Positions 11,033 through 22,732 of a DNA stretch of 64,000 nt are shown one piece after another (within the stretch, counting starts at the first letter, position 1; every line of letters starts with the position of its first letter). This DNA comes from Paecilomyces variotii (Eukaryota): assembly GCA_004022145.1 (NCBI GenBank), contig RCNU01000002.1; one strand, 5' to 3'. Made by a program: the position numbers and the translations under genes. The notes under the pieces are model-generated. The model saw nothing but the letters and a program-made list of their open reading frames with translations, was not told the origin of the DNA and did not search any database.

Positions 11033-12355
11033 TTATGCCTTTGCTCTTTGCTCCGCAGCAAACTCTTCTGCGCGCCTCTCCGCTTCTGCGTCTCCAATTT
11101 CTCCAAAAATATCCTTACCCCAGCGGAAGGGGAAGTTGTACCGTTGACCACGGTCAAGCTTGTTAAGAGCCTCGAAGTCTTCATCGGGAATGACGAAATC
11201 TGTCCAGAAATATGCATTAGTTTCCTACCAAGGCCAGTTTGGTAAATTATTGTGTCAAATGTATAGATCTCACCTTGGAAGTTGCTCTGAATTCTAGCGG
11301 GAGTGACACTCTTCGGCAAGACGGCCGTACCGCGCTGGATTGCCCACGAGATAAGCAGTTGTGCAGGATCCTTTCCAAGCTTCTTGGCGATTTCCTGGAT
11401 GGCAGGGTCATCGACGACGCTGGGTTCGTTAATATGCCAGGTCGTTACTGTTTAGGAGATGTTACATACCGAGGCAGGTTGTAAATGTTGTTTCCGAGAG
11501 GACTGTAGGCGACAACGAGGATGTTCTGTGTGTGCATTTTGGTCAGATACTTGTTCGAGATAAGTCTATTGATTCTGGCGAACCTTCTCCTTGTGCCACT
11601 TCAATAGCTCAGGCTGTTGCAGGTAAGGATGCGCTTCGATTTGGTTCACGGCCGGGGGAATGGTAGCGGTCTTGAGCAGCTTTTCCGTCTCCGTAATAGT
11701 GAAGTTGCTGATTCCAATGCTGCGGATCTTTCCAGCCTTGACAAGCTTCTCGAGGGCAGCCCAGGTATCAGAAACGGGAATGTCTGCCAGACGGAAGCGC
11801 TTGGTGACTGGGTCAATAGGGAAGAGTGTCTCGTCACTGTGCTCAAAAGCAATTGGCCAATGGATCTGTCATATGCGTATTAGAAATGTGCCATGGCAAT
11901 GGGTCCAGGTGACACCTACAAGGTAGAGGTCAAGATAATCAGTCTGTAGGTCTTTCAAGGTCTTGTTAAGCCCTTCCTCGACGTGGTCCGGGTGGTGGTG
12001 ACTGTTCCACAGTTTGCTGGTGATCTGAAATGTATCAAGTCAGATATAATTGCCGTCGCAACCAGACGATTATTCACAACTAACGAATATTTGCTCTCTT
12101 GGCACTCCCGACTTCTTCCAGCCTCTGCCTACTTCCGCCTCGTTTTGGTAAACAGCGGCTGCGTCGATGTGTCGGTATCCAGCTCGAAGCGCGACTTCAA
12201 CGGCATCCTCGACTTCATTTGGTTTAGACAACTTGGCTTCGATTAGCGGGCTATCTCAACTATTGGACAATTTGGATGGTGATTACCCAGGTTCCAAGAC
12301 CGACAGCTGGAATCTCATGCCCGGAATTGAGCTTGAACTTTCTACCCAGCGACAT
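11033..12355 (-). CDS. Aldo-keto reductase (Gcy1/Ypr1-like), multi-exon
   Basis: [93 protein letters not shown] across GT-AG introns. Confidence 0.92.
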
Positions 12356-13340
12356 TGTGAATAGACTTATTTGCGTTCAGGCAGCAGATATAATAAGAAG
12401 CAAGTATCAATAACGCAGAGCACACAAACAAGAACCAGGCACAAGTAACTTTCCCAGCATCCAAATTCGCGGGCGTCTAGTCTCTTATACTTAACCCCTC
12501 TTCCCACAGCGTTTCATCTCCTGATAAGCGTCTGCTACCACGCAAGCTACATAGCGATCGCGGGGTAAGTCAAGGTGAAGCATAAACAACCCAAGTGCTC
12601 ATTGGCAGCTGCTTCGACAAGACATTGTATGTCGGGAATTCCTAGCAAATAATCGGCTGGTTCTATTGCGCGTCTTCTCCACAGGCCCCTCTTCTCATAC
12701 GGCCTAGAGAGAGGTTTCCCCAGCACGCCATTGGACTTCTAAATGATTTTCCCCTGAGATAAAGATTTTCTGTGTATGTTACTGTCGGGGATGAGCGCTT
12801 TGTTCTGTGAAGTTCACAATGGAAATATATCCGTACAATCGTCTCTTTTTCCGGGTATTCGACCGTGGGTATGTATCCTCGGAGTTAGTCCGTGTAGAGT
12901 TGTAGCTCAGGATGGGAACATTGAACGGGCCGAATAATGTAGATCAAGAGGAAAGTTTGAAGAGTATCGTCGTGCTTAACTATGAAGGACAATTCAAAAG
13001 TACGATTTTTCGTAACAATGAAGAGGTTAGAGAACTATGATTAGTTAATAGCAGAACGCGCTTCCAGACTTGAAAGAAAGCACCAGCTAGGTGGTAAGAT
13101 TACATTGGCTTCGAAAGTTTATCAGTACACGATATAAACACAGACACAAGGAGTGGACATAAGCTTTCTTCCATAAAAAAGAAAAAGGAAAAGAAAAAAA
13201 TACATAAAGCAACGAGGCTGAAATCGTAAGAGAAAACGTAGCTAGGTATCTGAGAAAGGAGCGGTGCGCATCAAATCATAACATCACGAGGATATCGTAT
13301 AAGCATTAAACGACATTTTCATGGCCTGGGTACATCCCAG

Positions 13341-13887
13341 TCAGCCTATTCCTGTATTAGATCTGGAAGTTTGCGCAACTTACGACCAAGAGGCTTGGCT
13401 CTCTTAGAAATGGACCTCGCTTGGTCCTGCTTGATCTTGGCAAGACGAGCCCTATAGAAAGATTCCATTAGCATCAGTTCTCGCATTTACTGAAGCAAAA
13501 CTCAAGCCACGCGAGAGTATAGAACGATAGGGCTTACTCTTCGGCTGCCTCTTGCTCAAGACGCTTGACATGTTCCCTGGCATCCCTTACTGCCTGTCGC
13601 GCTGCAGCCAAAGCCTTGTCCGCATCTCGCTCTGCAGCCTCAGCGCTCGCGACTCGCTCACGAGCAGCTACAATAGAAGGGTCTTCATGGTTCTGGTTCC
13701 GGTGTAGAAGACTGCGCCCGTTGTTGCTGTTGTTGGTACTGTTTGACGCAGTCGCTGGTGACTGAGATGAGGAACCCGAGTTACGATGGCTGAAGATGGA
13801 ACCGTGGCGCTGTTCCTGTCTCTGGTGTTGCTCGGTCGTCTGAGGAGATACATCCCTCTCAGTCGAGTGTCGACCAAAGAGACCCAT
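13341..13887 (-). CDS. Small hydrophilic helical protein, unknown function (2 introns)
   Basis: Exon 1 MGLFGRH...EDPSIVAARERVASAEAAERDADKAL...EQEAAEE; exon 2 ARLAKIKQDQARSISKRAKPLG; short exon 3 ending in TGA at 13341-13343; canonical splice sites. Confidence 0.75.
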
Positions 13888-14073
13888 TTTGAAGAAATAG
13901 AGTACCTGCTGGGCAGAAATATGTCAATCAAAGAATCTAGGATAAAAAGTGATGCGGGATCCGATAATTAATCATAAATATTAAGTTATCCCATTTCTTT
14001 CTCTTCTTCTACCAGAGAGATGGGGATGATATAGTTGTGGGAGATAAGTATGCCAAGGTCTGGATACATAGCC

Positions 14074-14310
14074 TGACGTCAAAGCGCTGATCAGAATTCA
14101 GCCACTGTCATAATCCCTGCCAACGTACGTCGCGGGAGCATCCAGTGTCCTGGATGGCGTACTAGGTAGAAAGTAGATTGGATCATTTAAACCGTTGACG
14201 TGACATACCGCAGCATACTACGTGGCACGCACGGGCTGTCTTTGACGTCGAATCTAGCGATGATGTTGTGCCATTTCCTTTTTAGGCTGGGATTCTACTG
14301 CGCCACGTGA
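14074..14310. promoter_or_regulatory. Cluster of ACGT-core bZIP/bHLH-type sites upstream of the small helical protein gene
   Basis: TGACGTCA at 14074-14081, plus ACGT cores at 14123, 14127, 14198, 14220, 14245 and 14305 (CACGTG). Confidence 0.5.
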
Positions 14311-15352
14311 TGCCTACCGGAGAATTTTTATCTAGATTCTACAGTAAGTTATTATGATGTCCAATATTCCTATTTTAAGAAGACTTAGATGATCCAATGA
14401 TGTTATTCAATGCCGATAATATTTGCTCAAAATGCCATTGTAGCATCCTGGCATGGATTCAGCCAACTATGATCCTTTCAAGTAAAGCACTCCTCCTTTT
14501 TGGCCCGCGGGTTATAGAACAATGTCAACCTTAACTCCTTGCAGTTTATTAGGTACAGTGGCAATGCGGGTGGTGATGCTATCTTTCCATGGTAACCAGG
14601 AACCTTGCTTTATTCCGTTGATGTTGGCAAGGCAAAACCAAATGTCATCTTGGAGCTGATGAAGATGCTTGATTGAGCAACTATCTAGGGACTCGATCGA
14701 GCCCCTAGGGGCACCGAAATGTCAAAACCTATAATCGTCCTACTTGCCTCGGGTACGGCAGGGTAGCTTTTGATCTGCTTTATATGATTTGCAGTAGCAA
14801 AATGTCAACACCAAAACAAATTACAATCGTTTTGTATGATAATCTGAACCACTTTAATCGACCTTCTCCTACTTCCCTCTTGGATTGAAGCGAATCTATA
14901 TTATCGCGTTTATTGAAGAAAGCTCCGTGGAGATCAGGAAGAACACAAAAGGCTATTAACCATTCCGCTTAGGGGAAGGTTCAACGTTTTTAAGTGCCAC
15001 AGAGGACGCAGAATTAGCACTTGCTGGATCTCGTCATGTTCCGCAGAAGTAACCAGACGTCGTCTGTGTCGGATGGCTGAGCGAAAAAGCGGGAATTTCT
15101 TATTTCTGGATGCAGACTTGCCATAACATTCCCGTCGTGTGAGCTGTAAGAGATTCTGCTACCCTATCTATAGACGTGTGTGCATGTGAAACAAACGCGA
15201 AGAGAAACTTGGAGTTCTCTAAATGAGGCCGACATGTATTCAATCTTGTATATGAATACAACCAAGAAATATGAGCGGAGAAGATCAGGATGTGCAACCG
15301 TCTGACACCCTTTTATCCCAGGGACAGACCTAAACTATGAAGTCCAACAGCT

Positions 15353-16128
15353 CTAGCCATCGTGACAAGCCCCATCTTGCCAACCAGGTGAATGGCCCGC
15401 ATATCGACCCAGTACAAGCTCGCTCACGATTATTCCGCTAATGACTGCGGAAAACACGCCGATATTAAACGTCATGACGGCTAACATTCTAGGTAGGTGA
15501 TCATTAGCTAGGAACGATCGACGTTAGCGGAGGGAGAAGCTCACAGTAGATACCCAATCGAAGCCCGTACCCCTTCGAGAAATGAACATATGCCATCATG
15601 TTTCCAGCTCCATGGTCGAGTCAAAGTCCATGCACTGCACAGTCTGCGAAAAGATCTTGTGATAAACGACTGCGATTGATCGGCTCCGTTTGAGTCCAAT
15701 CTTCTACCATGCTCCCTCTGCCCCTGGGGCCGTAAAAAAGGAGTTGACGGGAATTGCGAACTATTCTCATCATCGTTCTTGTCAATCTCCATGTATAGCG
15801 GCAAAGGGCTCATGTGCTCCTTGATATTTCGCGGACGTCGCGCGGCTGCAGATGCTAATACAGGCGCACTGGGAATATGATGTACGGAATGGGCCCTGGA
15901 TTCTAGTTGGAGCTTCAAGATCCCAAGGAAGCGGTTAAACCAGGCCAATAAGAAGAGGAAGAACAATGTGAGGACATATGATGAATAGGAAGCGGTCGTC
16001 CAATCCTTGAAAAAAAGCGTAACGTGCATCCCGGTCGTGAAAATGGCGGGCATTGCCATTCCATGACTCTGGACGGACTCGGTACCATTTGTAGGATTAT
16101 CGTGTCCCATTCCCATTGTCATATTCAT
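15353..16128 (-). CDS. Ctr-family high-affinity copper transporter (1 intron ~15544-15490)
   Basis: Met-rich N-terminus (MNMTMGM...HGMAM), TLFFKDW, TM segment, spliced GYLLMLAVMTFN with the MxxxM motif, C-terminal ACHDG. Confidence 0.9.
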
Positions 16129-16325
16129 GGTCGGTTTATGCCTCTTGCTTGGAAACAGAGTTGTAGCTTATGGTGAATAGAAGAATGGTGGACGAAGAGA
16201 TGGACTGGAGCAGGCTATTATACCAGATCTACAATTTCATGTTTCTAATTCTTTAGCCTGATCAATAACTGACAATTACAAGATAGTGGTTACAGCTGGC
16301 AGCTGAGTATGAATCAACTGTGTGT

Positions 16326-16548
16326 TGAGCGCAGTCACGTAAATATCGGTCTGATTGCTTGTAACCTTCGTGAAGCTGTGGTTGTTATAGAAATCTGCTT
16401 AATCTTGCTCATATGGCATCGAGATATGTAAGAGATTGGGCTGAAATTGAGCTGCAAGATCCTCGCGATCGGGGACGCTAGATCTTCGCCATCAATAGTG
16501 TCTCGGCAACGCGATCAGCTCAACGTGATATTCGCGCAAATATGCTCA
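16326..16548. promoter_or_regulatory. Putative copper-response elements (Mac1-type GCTCA cores) upstream of the Ctr gene
   Basis: TGCGCTCA (minus strand, 16326-16333), CTTGCTCA 16404-16411, GCTCA (minus strand, 16448-16452), GCTCA 16518-16522, TATGCTCA 16541-16548. Confidence 0.55.
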
Positions 16549-17797
16549 CCATGACAAACCACCTCAGGAATTTCACTCCAGCAACAGCCATAGTTCCAAC
16601 TAATATATAGGCCTTATGACTAGACTTGGCTACCGAAAAGCAGAGTCAGTGCTGTCTACCTGGTCTCTTCATCTGAATGTCTAATGATATCATCCTTCTT
16701 TAGCAGCCCGCTGTATCTACTAGAACATAATGAGAACGACAATGTATCGCTGCGGAGTGATCAACTTTCTGTCCAATATCCACATACTCGGCCTTTCAGA
16801 GCGATCACTGACTCGGCCGTGGCACTGGCTATGGGCCGAGAACGGAAAGTCAGTCAGGTATGAAGTCGAGATATCAGAAGACGTTCAGTAGTGAATATTC
16901 GATTAACCAGGTTGTTACAATCTAGCGTTCTCTATTTCAACTCTAATTACAAATAAAGGTATTCCGCACCCACGCTATATAACCATTGCAGCTCGACATC
17001 TCACGATACGTCCTGAGGACTCCGTTGGTAACGGGCTCATCTGACAACTCATGTTTAGACTTCCTCTTCCTCAGCGACATTCAGCCCTCGGCGATTTGCT
17101 TTTCTCAATCTGGCTTACGAGGATGGCCTTTTATTTTTGAGTGATAATAAATACCGGTCACATTTTTATTCAAGAGCATGGAGTATGGAGATTATCAGAG
17201 GCACATCCGTCTCGGAGAAGGAATATTGTTCGCTTCATGGTCCATCGCGTCACAAAATGCTAGCCAAGAATGATAGATGTAGGAAACGAGAAAAGAACGT
17301 TCGCATAAACATTGTAGACCGTATTTCAGAAGCGTACTGAAGAGTGAGTCTCATAACTAGTTATATAACTTGTATGACAAAGCTGAGCTGGCGAGTGCTA
17401 TCCAAACTGGGAATAGTCGGTTCAACCCTATTGATATGATGGATGCAACACATGAATAAAAAGAGGCAGTGCGACTGGAAAGCTAAGCGCTGATGGCTTT
17501 TTCGAGATTGCTCTATCGTCTCAGGCAGACATGATATGATTGGTCCTGAGAAGACGTAGCAAGGACTGTGCAATCAATATGAGGATACCGTTTTCTGCAT
17601 TAAGTGTGGTTATGTAGACATAGTCACTATGAACGCATGAGGGTAGTAGGAAATAGCGAGGTTATAGAATTCTTGTTATGCAATGGGTTCCATTTACATG
17701 AATTTGCTGCTGGGAAGAGGTCCAATCCGAATAGATGCATTTTACCTTCTGCTATTATCAAGACATTATGTACAGATGAGTTAAATATGTATATCCA

Positions 17798-18847
17798 CTA
17801 AAGAGCCCCAAATTTCTGCAATTCCGCCTCAGTCCACTCCCACAATCGTTTCCCCATGTCCTTGTTCACTGCATAATAATTCTTGGCTTTCAGTATCCCA
17901 ACTGGGACATAGTATGCACCGTTCATCAAGTTCTCCTTTTTGGCCCCCGCAGCGGCCCAGAGTTGATTATAGGCGCCCTTAGACAATGGAGTAGCGAAGA
18001 CCCCCATGACCCTCGAAGAGACAGTCGTAAAAATAGAATTTTTCCACATGGAGTCATAAAGGTCAGTCAGGATAATACCAGGGTGGACAGACACCGATGT
18101 GAGTGAAGGGTAGCGACGAGCTAGCTCTGCTGCGAACAAGATATTGGCGGCTTTAGATGCACCGTATCGGACCATGCTCTGACTAGTCTTTTTCAACTTC
18201 TTCTGGTCCAAGATACTCTCGAACGACGGGGCCATGTTATGTCCTATAGACGAAAGAGAGATAACTCGGACATCGGAGTTCGGCTCTTCTGCGGTTTTAA
18301 GCAGAGTGGGCATAAGCAGCTTTGTTAGAAAGAAGTGACCGGTGTGATTCGTGCCAAGCTGGATTTCATGACCCATCTCTGTTTCACCTGGCGGCAGAGC
18401 CATGACTCCAGCATTGAGCATCAGAATATCCAGTCTCGAGGCCTGTGATTTGAATGTCTCTGCAGCATTCTTGATAGAAGTTGTAGACGTCAAGTCCAAA
18501 GGGAGCCAGGTGATGTTCACGTCCTTGCCAAGGCTGTTCTTGATGGAGTCAATTGCATCCTTTGCTTTGGACTCTGAGCGAGCAGCAAGGAAGATATGCT
18601 GCGGGTTGTGTTTGGCAAGTTGGAAGACGGACTCCTTGCCCAATCCCGCGTTTCCTGTATAGTTGCTTCAGTTGAGGATGTTCATCTCCATCAATGATCG
18701 CTTTGGCGATCGCACTTATTGACTGCACATACCACCAGTTACCAGAATAACCTTTCCTGTAAGATCTCCAATGTCCCTATCCGGTTCGAAATTAACTGAA
18801 CCCATGTAACTACATGGATTCACAAAATCTGCGACCAACGATGCCAT
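17798..18847 (-). CDS. Short-chain dehydrogenase/reductase (retinol dehydrogenase/WWOX-like), 1 intron
   Basis: DLTGKVILVTG|GNAGLG Rossmann motif across the intron, LDILMLNAGVM, TNHTGHF, catalytic YGASK, SVHPG. Start is 18847 or 18805. Confidence 0.9.
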
Positions 18848-19666
18848 TTTCAAGGGTAAATTGAACACGTTGGGCCAATACTCTGGGACGTCAATGTTGG
18901 CAGACTCAATATGCCGGACAGTTGAAGTGACTGCTATTCATTCCCCAGGGTTATTGCTGCCCTAAAACCACGCCAGTTATTTAATCATGACTGTGAACTG
19001 TATCCATCGAGGTCGACCCCATGGCGTAGCGATCAGGTCTCTACTTTGTGGAGAATCGGCGAGACTCAAACGCCCGAGTTATTCAAGCATCCTGGAAGAA
19101 GTATCCACTAAAGGGGATTCCATACCAGAGAGCCCCCAATGAAAAGTGGTCTGGGATCAATTAGTCTCGACGGAAAGGTATGTCCAAACGGTTTAGGTTT
19201 GGATACATTTGCCTCAGCTACAAATGCCTCGGTACAACGTGCCTGTCGGGCAGTCGGAGGTTAACATTCCGCCGGTCAGTGAACTGTTGGCATTAACTGT
19301 TTCATCTTGACTCTAACAGTAACAATATGACTCTTTGTGTTTTCATCTATCTTAAATTATATTCAGCCATAAAGTGTGCAAAACAAAGTTTCCCTTCCAC
19401 CTAGCTGTAGCGGGTTATATATTCAGCCTAGAATAGGCGGTGTGTGAGTAGTTATCCGGGATGGTGATCAGATCGTGGCGAGAAACTTCAATTTATAAAC
19501 TGTAAAAAAGGGAATAGGAAAAGAAAAGAGCAATAACAACCCGACAAGGAACTATCTGGTATTTTTTATTTTCAATTTTTTGACACTGTCCACGCATTTT
19601 ACAAGAAAAAGATGGTACGAACAGCCTCCGCTCATATAGCCTCAAACGGAAAGTTACTGCAAATCG

Positions 19667-19791
19667 GGTGCTGTGGTCTAGTGAGTTTACCTTTAACCAA
19701 CCACATCACCAACTTAAAACTAACCCCCCAATTGGTGGTAGGACGTCACGTTGTGGCCGTGCCAGCCTGGGTTCGATTCCCAGCAGCGCCA
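19667..19791 (+). tRNA. tRNA-His(GUG), copy 1, with a 54-nt D-loop intron (19681-19734)
   Basis: Joined exons give 71 nt: acceptor GGTGCTG/CAGCGCC, D-stem GTCT/GGAC with loop AGTGGTA, anticodon loop TTGTGGC (GTG 19753-19755), T-arm CTGGG-TTCGATT-CCCAG, discriminator A, downstream T6 Pol III terminator. Confidence 0.88.
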
Positions 19792-20959
19792 AAATTAAAT
19801 ATCTTTTTTGGTCCCTTTCTATATCATAGCGCGGGTTACACTCGAGATAGCCGGGACTGGCTTTTTTCTTTTTTTCTTTCTCTCTTTCACTTTCCTTTAA
19901 ATCAGTTTTGCAAGACCCGTTGTGTATACCAGGAATGGAAACAATCTTATTTGAAGGAGGTTTGAGAATTCTAGAAAAATGCATGTAAGATAGAGGCCAT
20001 GTCCGTCCACGGGTAAAAGCCGACGTTTGTTCTCTAGGACATGATTCTTTGTGTGTTCTAAAATGTTAAATCTAATCTCGAGCAGAAATAGTCATAGTAC
20101 ATCTATTCTGCTTTGTCGCGATGTAGTAATCGCCTGGATGCGTTCGAACACAGCTTGCCTTGAAGATCAAAAAAGGTGGTGCAACTTCTCAGTTCGCAGT
20201 GATACACACAATGTTTGTCGAAACTCACCGATATTCTATCCAGTTGTCCCAGCAGGATCGCGCGAGATAGTATGTTATGGCACATTCTGGTTTTCTTTTT
20301 TTCAATCTCAAGGCGTGTCTTATTGAAATTGTTGCAATCGCTGAATATAAAGCTTGAGATGACGGAAGTAAGTACTGAAAGGACATTGTATTCTCTGTTT
20401 CAAGGGAATTTGTCTCCATTGCAGGTTCTATTATCAACATGGAATTAATATGGTATGTGAGAATCATTCTCATAATCAAAGTCGTATCTCTCATTGTTGG
20501 ATATGCTCACATATGATAATTTGGTTCTCAATCTCTTAGTTACGCCAAGTCAAGTCAGTGTTGAGGTAAACAGCTATCCGCTGATATTGGTGGATATCTG
20601 AGTAGTTAGAATTCTCTGAATCCGTCGCATTAACAGCGCTTTTACGTTTAATACTGGCTTCAGCCACCACTCGTTTTGCTAGCCTTTGACTCCTTCATGT
20701 CTAGCCTTAGATGAAATCCTCCCTCACCTGCTTGAAACCAGATTATGGCCGGACATAGTTGTCAAATGATTAAAGCACGTAATTGCATATCGAGGTTAGT
20801 GTTCCCGACTTAGATGGCTCCGTCTCGACTGTCAGTCCAGACGGTGATCTTCTTTACGAGAACGGGTAATTGTTCCGCGCACCGACGTAGCAATTTGGAA
20901 AAAGTATATTGAGAAGCACTATAGACATGCTCAGGTTACGGCGAAGTATATGAATATGA

Positions 20960-21560
20960 TCTTCTCTGCGTTGTGGTTGAATATGGTATCATAGACGTTC
21001 TTCGCATGCTGCTTGATCATCATTTAGAGTACCAAATTCCGCTTGTATATACGCCACCTGGAAACGATTCAATTCCTGCTCGATAAGAATGGGCTCAAAC
21101 TACTATTACCCACAGCGAAAGCCTGATTTGCATGCTCCTCACAAGGGGGCTTTGGTTCGCAATGCTGATTCTATCCGACAGCCAGGACAGCAGCGTGAAC
21201 AACACAGTTCGAAACCGTGCTTGGATGGGCTGCCTCCAGGGCTAGCTATAATTTAGTGTCCCCTCTTATTGCCAACGGGGCGAATGTCCATGCTCGGCAG
21301 ATGGGTCCTGCAGGTTCTCGGCTTGGTATCCAGCAGGTCACTGCGCTGCATGTGCGAGCTCTTGCTGGAATTATAGAAGCCATGCAGGTACTACTGAATC
21401 ATTGCGGTCGCGATATCGAGCTTTCAGAGATGGTATCTCGGCGTGGTAGCAAGAGATGTCTCCCACCGCACTGGGTGGCCGCGGGCAACACTCAGTGATG
21501 AAGACCTGCTCCCCAACGATGAGTCTACTCACCAGACCATAGAGACCTTCAGGCTGATAT
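20960..21560 (+). pseudogene. Degenerate ankyrin-repeat gene remnant
   Basis: Fragments LCVVVEYGIIDVLRMLLDH, VLGWAASRASYNLVSPLIANGANVHA and VTALHV..., broken by stops and frameshifts. Confidence 0.55.
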
Positions 21561-22608
21561 TAACGGGCAACGCTCCTCTCGATGAAGGTGTGGGGGTTGG
21601 GGCAAGCTCCTGGCCAGGTAGTCAAGGAATAGACCACTTGAGAGGACACATGAGGGCCGCATTTGAGCGCAAGATGGGATGGGTCGGGAATTTCAAGAAG
21701 CCGAAGGCTTAATGGATAAACCGAATAATGCGAGAAATGTACCATCACAGCGATCGGAAGAAGTGATGCCAAATGGGATAGTGAGGAAGAGTGGGGAGAA
21801 GACGATTTGCCTGAAGGGGTAACCTCCCCATACGTCTATAAGATGAGTTCTACTGCAGCAGGCATGAATAAAACTCTTTTCTCTCTCCAGTTTTCTGCAC
21901 TGCACGAATGCTACTTGATTCCATACAAGTTTCTCTATCGAACTACTCTTGCTGTTTGTCCCATCTTTTCAAATGGCCTGCTCTCGTTGTCCCGGATGCG
22001 CTTGCTTCTGCGATATAGTACGTCGATCGTCGCTCTTCAAGCCGTGCCTTCAAAAGCGGCAAATCTGTGACTTGAGCAAAATGTGGCCACAAGAGACCCT
22101 GTCTAGTCAGGTGGATTGAATCTCAGCATTCACATTGAACGCTGCCCAGAAGCACATCGATTTGTTCCCACAATGTTGGGTTGCCATCCGCTTGAAAACG
22201 ATAATACGCGAAGTCGATGTCCAACACATATCCACCAGGTCTCCCGGTCTCGATTCCAAACGAGGCAACTCAATTGATTTGTATGTGACCGAGGTTAGCG
22301 TAAAGTCCCAAAAAGAGTCCCTTGCCTCTTTTGCGTGTATAGCAGAACCCTGTTTCGTACCATTCTTCAAAGGCGGGAAATCGGTGACGAGAAGTGGGCG
22401 TAAGTAAGCTAGTCAGGATACAAAGACAGATTTATGACTTCTTAACTTATTTTCACGCGATAGAGTAAGGACAGTAACCCTTGGCTTTTTATTCATAACT
22501 AATGCGCGGTCTTAGGATACTGTACAGTGTATGCTATCATTGGCTCGCATCTATCTCTGGTTCACTAGCTTCATAAGTTTCCACGGGTCTGATTAGATCA
22601 TCAAATCG

Positions 22609-22732
22609 GGTGCTGTGGTCTAGTGAGTTTTGCCTTTCATCCAGCATCAACCAACTTTAACTAACCCCCCCATTGGTGGTAGGACGTCACGTTGTGGCCG
22701 TGCCAGCCTGGGTTCGATTCCCAGCAGCGCCA
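22609..22732 (+). tRNA. tRNA-His(GUG), copy 2, with a 53-nt D-loop intron (22623-22675)
   Basis: Exons identical to copy 1; intron diverged internally but keeps GTGAGTTT...ACTAACCCCCC.ATTG; T-runs follow 3'. Confidence 0.88.

Noticed and set aside
19612-19965. ORFs 19612-19965 (+) and 24447-24644 (-) share the peptide CCGLVSLPLTNHITN.KLTP.LVVGRHVVAVPAWVRFPAAP
   Set aside because: The shared peptide is a translation of the repeated tRNA gene plus intron. Similarity stops at the tRNA boundaries, and copy 2's 53-nt intron breaks the frame.
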